DNA from: Candidatus Electronema aureum
Lineage (GTDB): Bacteria > Desulfobacterota > Desulfobulbia > Desulfobulbales > Desulfobulbaceae
DNA: 32,000 nt
Assembly: GCA_004284765.1 (NCBI GenBank)
Contig: NQJD01000006.1
Coordinates: forward strand, 60,001-92,000
Reading direction: 5' to 3'
The notes below the pieces were generated by a model. That model saw only the letters and a list, made by a program, of their open reading frames with translations, was not told where the DNA came from and ran no database searches. Position 1 is the stretch's first letter. Each line of letters opens with the position of its first letter. The translations under genes were made by a program, and so were the position numbers. Shown piece after piece: positions 7,189-15,597 of this stretch.

Positions 7189-7191
7189 AGG

Positions 7192-8595
7192 ATGCGTAAA
7201 AACATGATTGAACTGCGATCAAACACCAAAGCCATCGCCGTTGGCCTCGGCAAATCCGGGCTAGCGGCGGTGCGATATTTGCACAGCCTTGGGCTGAAAA
7301 CCGCTGCCTCGGAATATAAAAAGCAGATCACGGCGGAAGAGCAGGCGGTGCTGGCGGAGTGCGGCGCGGACTTGGAACTCGGCGGCCACACGCCAGAATT
7401 CTTCGCCGATGCCGACTTGATCGTGGTCAGTCCCGGAGTGCCGACCAACCTGCCGGTGTTGAACGCCGCTCGCAGCCGGAGCGTGCCAGTGGTCGGCGAA
7501 TTGGCCTTGGCTGCCGGGCGCATTCCGGTGCCGGTGATTGCTGTGACCGGTTCCAACGGCAAAACCACTGTCACCAGCTTGATCGGCCATCTGCTGCGAA
7601 GTTCCGGCAAGCAAGCCTTTGTCGGCGGCAACATCGGCACGCCGGTTTTGGAATATCTGCTGGAGCCAGGCGAAACCGAGGCGGCGGTGCTGGAGCTGTC
7701 CAGTTTTCAGTTGGACATGGCGGGCGATTTCCGGCCTGACATCGCCCTGCTGCTCAATCTTTCGCCGGATCACATTGACCGGCACGGCAGTTTTGAAAAT
7801 TACGCCGAAGCCAAGCGGCAGATATTCGTCCGACAGGGTAGTGCGGACATTGCCATCCTCGGTGCAGATGACCCGATGGTTGCCGCCAAACCGGTGACAA
7901 CCGCAGGGACAGTGCTGCATTTCGGCACGCAGCCGGGCTGCCGGGCCAAAGTTGAAGGGCAACAAGTGCGGCTGGAACCCGGTTTCGGTGCGGACGGCGC
8001 GGTGGAGAGTTACGATTTATCCGCCACCCGGCTCAGTTCGTTAGTCAATGCCTACAACGCGGCAGCGGCAATTTTGGCGGCGCGGGCTTTCGGCTGCTCT
8101 GCCGATGGCATCCAAGCGGGATTGGCCGATTATCAGCCGCCCATGCACCGGATGACTCCTGCCGGGGAAATCAACGGGGTTTGTTTCATCAACGATTCTA
8201 AAGCGACCAACATCGGCGCAGTGCAGGCGGCCTTGGCTGGCTTCAAGAAAGATGTGGTGCTGATTGCAGGCGGGCGAAACAAGGGCGGTGATTTCACCGA
8301 GCTAATTCCGGCTTTTCGCCAGCATGTCCGACAGGTAGTGCTGATCGGCGAGGCCGGGCCGGATTTGGCTGTCGCTGCTGAAGCTGCCGGAATCGGGCAT
8401 CAGTTCGCAGACGACATGCGCGATGCGGTGCGCAAAGGATTTGCATTGGCCAAGCCGGGCGAAACCGTGCTGCTTGCCCCGGCCTGCGCCAGCTTTGACA
8501 TGTTCGACAACTATGAGCACCGGGGAAGGGAGTTTAGCAGGTGGGTAGGGGAGTTGGCAGGAACAAACAGCCAAGACACGGCCTTAAACAGATAG
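7192..8595 (+). CDS. murD: UDP-N-acetylmuramoylalanine--D-glutamate ligase
   Basis: 467 aa. N-terminal GLGKSG Rossmann motif, Mur-ligase P-loop VTGSNGKTTV, and its position in the dcw cluster. The start could be ATG 7192 or ATG 7204. Confidence 0.9.
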   Translation: MRKNMIELRSNTKAIAVGLGKSGLAAVRYLHSLGLKTAASEYKKQITAEEQAVLAECGADLELGGHTPEFFADADLIVVSPGVPTNLPVLNAARSRSVPVVGELALAAGRIPVPVIAVTGSNGKTTVTSLIGHLLRSSGKQAFVGGNIGTPVLEYLLEPGETEAAVLELSSFQLDMAGDFRPDIALLLNLSPDHIDRHGSFENYAEAKRQIFVRQGSADIAILGADDPMVAAKPVTTAGTVLHFGTQPGCRAKVEGQQVRLEPGFGADGAVESYDLSATRLSSLVNAYNAAAAILAARAFGCSADGIQAGLADYQPPMHRMTPAGEINGVCFINDSKATNIGAVQAALAGFKKDVVLIAGGRNKGGDFTELIPAFRQHVRQVVLIGEAGPDLAVAAEAAGIGHQFADDMRDAVRKGFALAKPGETVLLAPACASFDMFDNYEHRGREFSRWVGELAGTNSQDTALNR

Positions 8596-8608
8596 GCGAA
8601 ATACGTCC

Positions 8609-9697
8609 ATGCGCATCATCATCACTGGCGGCGGAACTGGTGGCCACCTCTTTCCTGGCATCGCCTTGGCAGCAGCATTGCGGCGGCGGTTTCCCGGCTG
8701 CGAGATTATGTTCATTGGCACCAAGCGGCAGCTTGACCGCGACGCGCTGGCTGGGCTGGATTTCCGGCAGGAATCTATCACCTGCATGGGACTCAAGGGC
8801 ATGGGCTTGACGCATCGCATCAGGAGCCTCGCCAGCCTGCCGAAAGCCGTGCTGGAAGCCCGCCACCTTATCAAACAATTTCAGCCGGAGCTGGTATTCG
8901 GTGTAGGTGGCTACGTCACCGGGCCGGTGCTTTTGGCTGCTCGGTTGCTCGGCGTGCCTGCCTGCATTCATGAGCAGAACGCCATTCCCGGTCTCGCCAA
9001 TCGCCTGACCGCCCGTTTTGTCAATAAAGTCTTTGTCTCTATTCCCGGTGATTATCCTTTCCCGCTGAAAAAAACCGTAGTTTCCGGCAATCCTGTTCGA
9101 GCGGAAATCTTAGCCGCTGCGGAGCAGAAGCAGAGCCAGCAAACAGCCGATCAGCCTTTCACGCTCTTGGTCATGGGCGGCAGTCTTGGCGCACACCGGA
9201 TTAATATGCTGATGCTGGAGGCAATGGCGATTATCAAAAAACAGCAACCCGTTCCCTTTCGCCTGATTCACCAGACCGGCGCAGCCGATGCCGAGCAGGT
9301 GCGGACAGGCTATGCCGCAGCAGATATCGAAGCCGAGGTTGTGCCCTTTATCAAGGATATGGCTGCGGTCTATGCTCAAGCTGATTTGGCCGTTGCGCGG
9401 GCTGGGGCGACTTCGCTGGCCGAGTTAGCCGTGATGGGTCTGCCTGCTCTGCTCATTCCTTATCCACACGCGGCGGACGATCATCAGGCCACCAATGCGA
9501 GTTATTATGTTGCAGGCGGCGGCGCGAGGATGTATAGGGAAGAGGAGCTTAATGCCGGGCGGCTGGCAGCGGCGATCATGAAGCTAGCAGGAAATGCGAA
9601 CAAGCTGGCGCAAATGGGCGCGGCAATGCGGCAGATGGCCGTACCGGATGCGGCGGAACGGATTTTGGCTGATTGCATGGAATTGATCGAAAAATAA
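8609..9697 (+). CDS. murG: undecaprenyldiphospho-muramoylpentapeptide beta-N-acetylglucosaminyltransferase
   Basis: 362 aa. GGGTGGHLFPGIALA N-terminal motif and GT28 architecture. Sits 13 nt after the murD stop. Confidence 0.92.
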   Translation: MRIIITGGGTGGHLFPGIALAAALRRRFPGCEIMFIGTKRQLDRDALAGLDFRQESITCMGLKGMGLTHRIRSLASLPKAVLEARHLIKQFQPELVFGVGGYVTGPVLLAARLLGVPACIHEQNAIPGLANRLTARFVNKVFVSIPGDYPFPLKKTVVSGNPVRAEILAAAEQKQSQQTADQPFTLLVMGGSLGAHRINMLMLEAMAIIKKQQPVPFRLIHQTGAADAEQVRTGYAAADIEAEVVPFIKDMAAVYAQADLAVARAGATSLAELAVMGLPALLIPYPHAADDHQATNASYYVAGGGARMYREEELNAGRLAAAIMKLAGNANKLAQMGAAMRQMAVPDAAERILADCMELIEK

Positions 9698-11106
9698 TGT
9701 ACAAAAAAAATAAACATATTCATTTTGTTGGTATTGGCGGCATCGGCATGTCTGGCATCGCCGAACTACTGCTTTATCTCGGCTATAAAGTCAGCGGCTC
9801 CGACCTCCGCAGCTCGGATACCACCCGCCGCCTGCAAAAAATTGGTGCGATCATTCATCAGGGCCATCAGGCGGATTGGGTCGCAGGAGCGGACGTGGTG
9901 GTGGTTTCCTCGGCAGTGGCAGCAGACAACCCCGAAGTTTTAGCTGCCCGCGAACAGCAGATTCCGGTGATTCAGCGGGCCGAAATGCTGGCTGAGTTGA
10001 TGCGCCTGAAAAAATACGGCATCGCAGTGGCGGGCAGCCACGGCAAAACCTCTACGTCCTCGCTGATAGCGGCGGTGCTGCACGAGGCAGGTCTTGATCC
10101 GACCGTAGCCGTAGGCGGCAAAGTTGATTGTTTCGGCGGCAGCAACGCCCATCTCGGCGAAGGCGAATTTTTGGTGGCTGAGGCCGATGAGAGCGACGGC
10201 TCCTTTCTTAAACTTTGGCCGGTGATTGAGGTCGTGACCAATATTGATTTGGAGCATGTGGATTATTATCGTGATCTCCATCACATCAAAGAGACCTTCC
10301 TCGAATTCATCAGCCGCATTCCTTTTTATGGCGCGGTGGTGCTGTGCTTGGATGATGCCAATATCGCCAGCCTGCTGCCGCAAATCCAGCGGCGCAAAAT
10401 TACCTATGGACTGACCGAGCAGGCTGATCTTCATGCGGCAAAAATCGAAAAGCAGGGTTTGAGCAGCGAGTTTTCCGTCTATTTTCGCGGCAAAGAGCTG
10501 GGCCGGGTGCGGCGCAATTCGCCAGGGCGGCACGTCATCCTCAACACCCTTGCCGCCATTGCCGTGGCCTTAGAATTGGAGATTGAATTTCCGGTCATCG
10601 CTCATGCTTTGGAGAAATTCGAGGGCGTGCAGCGGCGATTACAAATCAAGGGTGAAAAACAGGGCATTCTGGTGGTGGATGACTACGGCCATCACCCCAC
10701 GGAAATCCGCGCCACGCTCGATGCCATCCGCGACGGCTGGCCTGACCGTCGTCTGGTGGTGGTTTTCCAGCCGCACCGTTACACTCGCACCAAGGGGCTG
10801 TTTAACGAATTCGCCACCGCCTTTTACCGTGCTGACGTGCTGATTCTGACCGATATTTATGCGGCCAGCGAGCAGCCCATCGAGGGCGTGACCAGCGCAG
10901 CTTTGCTGGAGGCGATCAAGCAGCACGGTCAACGGCAGGCCCATCATCACGCCAATTTAGCCACGCTTCCGGCTGATCTTTTTGATTTCATCGAGCCGGG
11001 CGATTTGGTGCTGACCTTGGGCGCGGGCAGTATCGTTCAAATCGGCGAGCAGTTGCTTACTTTGCTGGAACAGAAAGGAATTTCCTCTGTCGAGCTAAAA
11101 TCATGA
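9697..11106 (+). CDS. murC: UDP-N-acetylmuramate--L-alanine ligase
   Basis: HFVGIGGIGMSGIAELL and AGSHGKTSTSSL motifs. I prefer ATG 9697 (TAATG overlap with the murG stop, giving MYKKNKHIHFVGIGG) to the ORF-track start at 9673. Confidence 0.92.
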   Translation: MYKKNKHIHFVGIGGIGMSGIAELLLYLGYKVSGSDLRSSDTTRRLQKIGAIIHQGHQADWVAGADVVVVSSAVAADNPEVLAAREQQIPVIQRAEMLAELMRLKKYGIAVAGSHGKTSTSSLIAAVLHEAGLDPTVAVGGKVDCFGGSNAHLGEGEFLVAEADESDGSFLKLWPVIEVVTNIDLEHVDYYRDLHHIKETFLEFISRIPFYGAVVLCLDDANIASLLPQIQRRKITYGLTEQADLHAAKIEKQGLSSEFSVYFRGKELGRVRRNSPGRHVILNTLAAIAVALELEIEFPVIAHALEKFEGVQRRLQIKGEKQGILVVDDYGHHPTEIRATLDAIRDGWPDRRLVVVFQPHRYTRTKGLFNEFATAFYRADVLILTDIYAASEQPIEGVTSAALLEAIKQHGQRQAHHHANLATLPADLFDFIEPGDLVLTLGAGSIVQIGEQLLTLLEQKGISSVELKS

Positions 11107-12044
11107 ACGAGCGGCAGCTCGGACGACTAGCGGCAGCTGGCTTGGCTGAACTTCGCTTCGACGCGCCGATGGCTGAATACTGCACTTTGCGAGCAGGCGG
11201 CAAGGTAGCCGCGCTGATCGAGGTGGCGAATCTGGAAGAATTGCGCCGTGTTCTCGCTTTGCTGGCTGAGGAAGAAATTAAATTTCTTATTGTCGGGCGG
11301 GGTTCCAATCTGCTCGTGGTGGACAGCGGTTATTCTGGAGCAATCATCCGACTCAAAGGCGAGTTCAACACGATAGCCCTGCAAGAGTGCAACGAAATTG
11401 CAACGATAATCAAAGTTGGAGCAGGTTGCGCCTTGGGTAAATTGGTCTCTTGGTGCAGCGGGCAGGGCTTGGCTGGGCTGGAATTTTTAGTTGGCATACC
11501 CGGCTCAGTCGGTGGTGCGGTGCGAATGAACGCCGGTGCTTGGGGCCAAGAAATCGGCGCACGATTGGAAGCAATTGAGCTGATAGACAGGCAAGGCAAG
11601 TTACGCCAGATTCCGTTCTCCGGCCTCCGTCTGAGCTATCGCACCCTTGACCTTGCTGAGGGAAGAATCGACAATACGATCATCACTGCTGCGTTATTTA
11701 GCTTGAAGACTGATCGCGAGGAAGATATCCGCAGCCGTTGCGCCGCGTATCTGGAACGGCGAAAAGGCAAGCAGCCCGCTGGCGTGGCTTCCGCAGGCTC
11801 GTTTTTCAAAAATCCACCCGACGATTTTGCAGGGCGACTGATTGAAGTTGCTGGATTGAAAGGTACGAGCTGTGGCGCAGCAATGATTTCGCCGGTGCAT
11901 GGAAATTTTCTCGTCAACACCGGCGGCGCGTCAGCAACGGATATTTTAACCCTCATGGAGCAAGTGCAGGCGGCGGTTTTTGCCCAGTTTGCGATCAAGT
12001 TGGAACCGGAAGTGCGGATCATCCAAGAGAATGATTCCCCGTGA
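11103..12044 (+). CDS. murB: UDP-N-acetylenolpyruvoylglucosamine reductase
   Basis: 313 aa. FAD-binding PCMH-type N-terminus (LRAGG...GRGSNLLV) and C-terminal MurB domain. ATGA overlap with murC. Confidence 0.9.
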   Translation: MNERQLGRLAAAGLAELRFDAPMAEYCTLRAGGKVAALIEVANLEELRRVLALLAEEEIKFLIVGRGSNLLVVDSGYSGAIIRLKGEFNTIALQECNEIATIIKVGAGCALGKLVSWCSGQGLAGLEFLVGIPGSVGGAVRMNAGAWGQEIGARLEAIELIDRQGKLRQIPFSGLRLSYRTLDLAEGRIDNTIITAALFSLKTDREEDIRSRCAAYLERRKGKQPAGVASAGSFFKNPPDDFAGRLIEVAGLKGTSCGAAMISPVHGNFLVNTGGASATDILTLMEQVQAAVFAQFAIKLEPEVRIIQENDSP

Positions 12045-12994
12045 TGTACTCGCAAAGTCCGTTAGTTGGCTCGAAGAGGAAACGATACCGGCAGCACCGG
12101 GCAGGACGTTCCAGCACCTTCCGCAGCTTCCGCGCTGCCATTGCGGGTTCAAGATGGTCTGCGCCGTCGGTCAATAACGGCCCATACCGAAAAGATGCAG
12201 CCACCAGCAGTCAAGAAGCGGCCCAACTTCTGCATCTGTCCAAGACAGCTCTGCTGGCCGGGCTGCTGGCGGTACTGCTGGTTGTGACCGGGCTACGTGG
12301 CTATCAGGCGTTAGAGAATTCTGGTGCTTTTCAGGTGCGACAAATCACGGTGCAAGGCTGCCGCACCGTGCGTGAAGAACAAGTGCTGGCCTTGGCTGAC
12401 ATTCGGCAGGGAATGCCGTTGCTTGGCTTCAATTTACCGGAAACAGAACAGCGCATCCGCAGCCATCCTTGGATTGATCAAGTCAGTATCCGGCGTTCGT
12501 GGCCGGACAGCCTCCACATTCAGGTGCAGGAACGGCGACCTTTGGCTCTGGTCAATATAGAAAAAAGCAGCAGCCAAGGTTTATATTATATTGATCAAGG
12601 CGGCACGATTTTCGCTCCGGTTGAATCTGGTCAAGATATTGATTTTCCAGTGATCACTGGTGTAGATTTGCCCGGAGAGTCGAGAGGATTCAATCTTTCT
12701 GAAGGTGCGACAGCAGACGCAGTGCAATTTCTCCGTTTGGCCGCTCAAGGTAATCCCATTTTGCCCATGCAGGCTTTGTCAGAAATTCAAATAAGCCGGG
12801 ACAAGGGAATTATTGTATATCTTGCGGAACACCCCTTTCCTATTTATATAGGATATGGTAAGATTAAAACCAGATATTATCAGCTCGTCAGACTACTTGA
12901 GCGGTTGTATCGCAAAGAGAAGATTGAATATATCAGAGAAATTCGCATGGATTATCAGACTGACCGCATTCTGGTGGCCAGTCTGAAACCGTAG
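12041..12994 (+). CDS. ftsQ: cell division protein FtsQ
   Basis: 317 aa. Basic N-terminal tail, one TM helix (LLAGLLAVLLVVTGL), POTRA-like VRQITVQGCRTVREEQVL, and its position between murB and ftsA. Start overlaps the murB stop. Confidence 0.8.
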   Translation: MMYSQSPLVGSKRKRYRQHRAGRSSTFRSFRAAIAGSRWSAPSVNNGPYRKDAATSSQEAAQLLHLSKTALLAGLLAVLLVVTGLRGYQALENSGAFQVRQITVQGCRTVREEQVLALADIRQGMPLLGFNLPETEQRIRSHPWIDQVSIRRSWPDSLHIQVQERRPLALVNIEKSSSQGLYYIDQGGTIFAPVESGQDIDFPVITGVDLPGESRGFNLSEGATADAVQFLRLAAQGNPILPMQALSEIQISRDKGIIVYLAEHPFPIYIGYGKIKTRYYQLVRLLERLYRKEKIEYIREIRMDYQTDRILVASLKP

Positions 12995-13006
12995 GCGGAG
13001 TGTGTA

Positions 13007-14281
13007 ATGGAAGAGCTGGATATAAAAGAAGTGATGCCTGAGGAGACCGGAGAAATTAAGCCGGTTCGTGAGGCCGGTTCGGGTGAGCTGGTTGCCGGGT
13101 TAGATATTGGTACCACTAAAATTTGCGCGGTGATTGGCGAAGTCTTTCCTGACGGCTGTCTGAACATCATCGGCGTGGGTACCGCAGCCTCGTCGGGCAT
13201 GAAAAAAGGCGTGGTGGTCAACATTGAATCGACGGTTAGAGCTATCCGCCAAGCCATCGACAGTGCCTCAGACATGGCGGGTTGCGATATCGAATCCGTG
13301 TATGTGGGCATTGCTGGTACGCATGTCAAGGGCTTTAACTCCCCTGGTATCATTGCCATTAATAACCAGCAAATCCGCCAGCGGGAAATCGACGCGGTCA
13401 TTCAAGCCGCGCAAACCGTCAAGGTCTCGGACAACCAGCAGATCATTCACGTTTTGCCGCAGGAATACATGGTCGATGATCACACCGGTATTCAGAATCC
13501 GCTCGGTATGACTGGAGTGCGTTTAGCTACCAATGTGCATATTGTCACTGCTGATATCACTTCGCTACACAATCTGATCACCAGCTGCAACCGGGCGGGG
13601 CTGAACGTAACCGAAGTAGTGCTGGAGTCAGTGGCTTCGTCTAAAGCTGTGCTGACCCCGGACGAAATGGAACTGGGTGTGGCTCTTTTGGATATTGGCG
13701 GTGGCACCAGCGACTTAGCTGTGTTCTGCAACGGCACGATCAAATATACGTGGGAGTTGGCCTTAGGCGGCAACAATTTGACCAATGATCTCTCGGTTGG
13801 TCTGCGTACTCCGCTCCAAGAGGCGGAAATGCTTAAATATCGCTATGGGGCCGCAGTTTCTTCGTTGATTAAGGAAAATCACATTATTGAAGTGCCGACG
13901 GTGGGCGACCGCAAGGCTCGCAAGGTTTCCCAAAAAGTGCTGGTGGAAATCTTAGAAGCTCGGATTGAGGAAATTTTACAGGTAGTGAACAAAAAAATTT
14001 GTGGCTCAGGCTACCGAAATCGGATCAACGCGGGCATGGTTATCACCGGCGGCACTGCCCTGTTAGCCAATATTGTTGATCTGGCCGAACAAATTTTTGA
14101 CATGCCAGTGCGGATTAGCTGCCCGCAGGGTGTGGGCGGCAGAGTAGAGGATATTGAATCACCTCGGTGTACTACAGCGGTCGGATTAGTGCTGTACGGT
14201 AGCACAGCTCGCAGCATTCAGCCTGCGGAAAGCGGAAACGTAGTCAGTAAACTGAAAAATTTTCTGAAAAATATTATTTAG
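13007..14281 (+). CDS. ftsA: cell division protein FtsA
   Basis: 424 aa. Actin-like ATPase motifs GLDIGTTKICAVIGE and LDIGGGTSDLAV. Confidence 0.92.
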   Translation: MEELDIKEVMPEETGEIKPVREAGSGELVAGLDIGTTKICAVIGEVFPDGCLNIIGVGTAASSGMKKGVVVNIESTVRAIRQAIDSASDMAGCDIESVYVGIAGTHVKGFNSPGIIAINNQQIRQREIDAVIQAAQTVKVSDNQQIIHVLPQEYMVDDHTGIQNPLGMTGVRLATNVHIVTADITSLHNLITSCNRAGLNVTEVVLESVASSKAVLTPDEMELGVALLDIGGGTSDLAVFCNGTIKYTWELALGGNNLTNDLSVGLRTPLQEAEMLKYRYGAAVSSLIKENHIIEVPTVGDRKARKVSQKVLVEILEARIEEILQVVNKKICGSGYRNRINAGMVITGGTALLANIVDLAEQIFDMPVRISCPQGVGGRVEDIESPRCTTAVGLVLYGSTARSIQPAESGNVVSKLKNFLKNII

Positions 14282-14297
14282 AAAATCTGAAAAAGAA

Positions 14298-14326
14298 TTG
14301 AGCGGCAAGCGGAGCAGCGGTACAAT
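14298..14326 (+). promoter_or_regulatory. candidate sigma70-type promoter for ftsZ
   Basis: TTGAGC (14298-14303), a 17-nt spacer, then TACAAT (14321-14326), in the ftsA-ftsZ spacer about 40 nt upstream of the ftsZ start. This is a sequence match only. Confidence 0.35.
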
Positions 14327-14367
14327 GAATTTCATTGATGCAGCGGAAAAGGCTTGAGGGGAATGGC

Positions 14368-15567
14368 ATGTCATATCGAATGGCAGAAGAAAAGGCAGTA
14401 GCGACGATCAAAGTGATCGGGGTCGGCGGCGGCGGCGGTAATGCCATCAACACGATGGTGGAACACCGGTTAGCCGGAGTACAGTTCATTGTTGCCAATA
14501 CGGACATGCAGGCTCTGGAAAAATCAAGGGCGGACATCCGTATTCAGCTGGGGCCAACCGTGACCAAAGGCATGGGCGCAGGTGCTGATCCTGAGATGGG
14601 CAGGAGGGCTGCCGAAGAAAGTTTGGAAGACCTGAGCAACGCCATCGAGGATGCAGATATGGTCTTTGTCACCGCTGGTCTTGGTGGTGGCACAGGCACT
14701 GGAGCTGCACCGGTAATTGCTGGACTTGCCAAGGGAAAAGGCGCGTTGACCGTTGCAGTTGTCACCAAGCCCTTTTATTTTGAAGCCAAGAAGCGGATGC
14801 GCAACGCTGAAGCGGGCTGGGAAGAGCTGAAGAAGAACGCAGACACTATCATCACCGTGCCGAACGACCGACTGCTCGGCCTGATGCAGAAAAACTCCAC
14901 GATGGTGGAGATGATGAAGATGGTCGATGATGTCCTTCTGCAAGCGGTCAAGGGCATCACCGACCTGATTAATCTGCCTGGTCATATCAACGTTGACTTT
15001 GCCGACCTCAAAACGGTCATGAAGGAAGTCGGCCCGGCAATCATGGGTTCTGGCTCCGCTTCCGGCGAAAATCGTGCTGCTGAGGCCGCTAAACGGGCCA
15101 TTGACAACCAGCTACTGGAAGACGTGGGCATCGACGGGGCACTCGGTATTCTGATCAACATCTCCGCCACCAGTACCATGACCATGAACGAGTTCATGGA
15201 GGCTTCTGCCTTAATTCAGGATAAGGCGCACGAAGATGCCAATATCATCATCGGTGCGCTTTTCGACGAAAACATGGGCGACGAGCTGCGAGTGACGGTG
15301 ATCGCTACCGGCATTTCTCGGCGCGAGGAAGGCGAGACCATCTCCGAGTTAGATGCAGTGGGGCGAGCTGGACGTAAAAACCTCAAACAGCAACCAGCAG
15401 CAGAGCCAGAGCGCATTCTCCAAGAGCCGGAACATCGAGCTGTGAGCTTTGCTCGGCCTAATCCCGTGCCGAAAGGTATCCGGCCTATGCCCACTCCCGT
15501 CTTTGACGATCAAAACGATCTGGCTGAATGGGACGAACCGGCCTACATTCGCAAAAAATCCAACTGA
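14368..15567 (+). CDS. ftsZ: cell division protein FtsZ
   Basis: Tubulin signature [11 protein letters not shown] and N-terminal [18 protein letters not shown] prefer ATG 14368, preceded by GAGGGG with a 6-nt spacer, to the ORF-track start at 14335. Confidence 0.95.
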   Translation: MSYRMAEEKAVATIKVIGVGGGGGNAINTMVEHRLAGVQFIVANTDMQALEKSRADIRIQLGPTVTKGMGAGADPEMGRRAAEESLEDLSNAIEDADMVFVTAGLGGGTGTGAAPVIAGLAKGKGALTVAVVTKPFYFEAKKRMRNAEAGWEELKKNADTIITVPNDRLLGLMQKNSTMVEMMKMVDDVLLQAVKGITDLINLPGHINVDFADLKTVMKEVGPAIMGSGSASGENRAAEAAKRAIDNQLLEDVGIDGALGILINISATSTMTMNEFMEASALIQDKAHEDANIIIGALFDENMGDELRVTVIATGISRREEGETISELDAVGRAGRKNLKQQPAAEPERILQEPEHRAVSFARPNPVPKGIRPMPTPVFDDQNDLAEWDEPAYIRKKSN

Positions 15568-15597
15568 GCCGCAGTCGGCTGATTCAGCGGTTTTTTC

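Noticed and set aside
7095-7965. Long minus-strand ORFs (181 and 234 aa) antisense to murD. Similar antisense ORFs occur at 9940-10533, 16581-17183 and 26266-26889.
   Set aside because: These are typical shadow ORFs of GC-rich coding regions. They are Arg/Ala/Pro-rich with low-complexity composition, and each is fully contained within a strongly supported gene on the other strand.
15568-15597. ftsZ terminator (GCGG followed by TTTTTT).
   Set aside because: I could pair only about 4 bp of stem (CCGC/GCGG), and the next gene's TTG start follows immediately. The support is not convincing.
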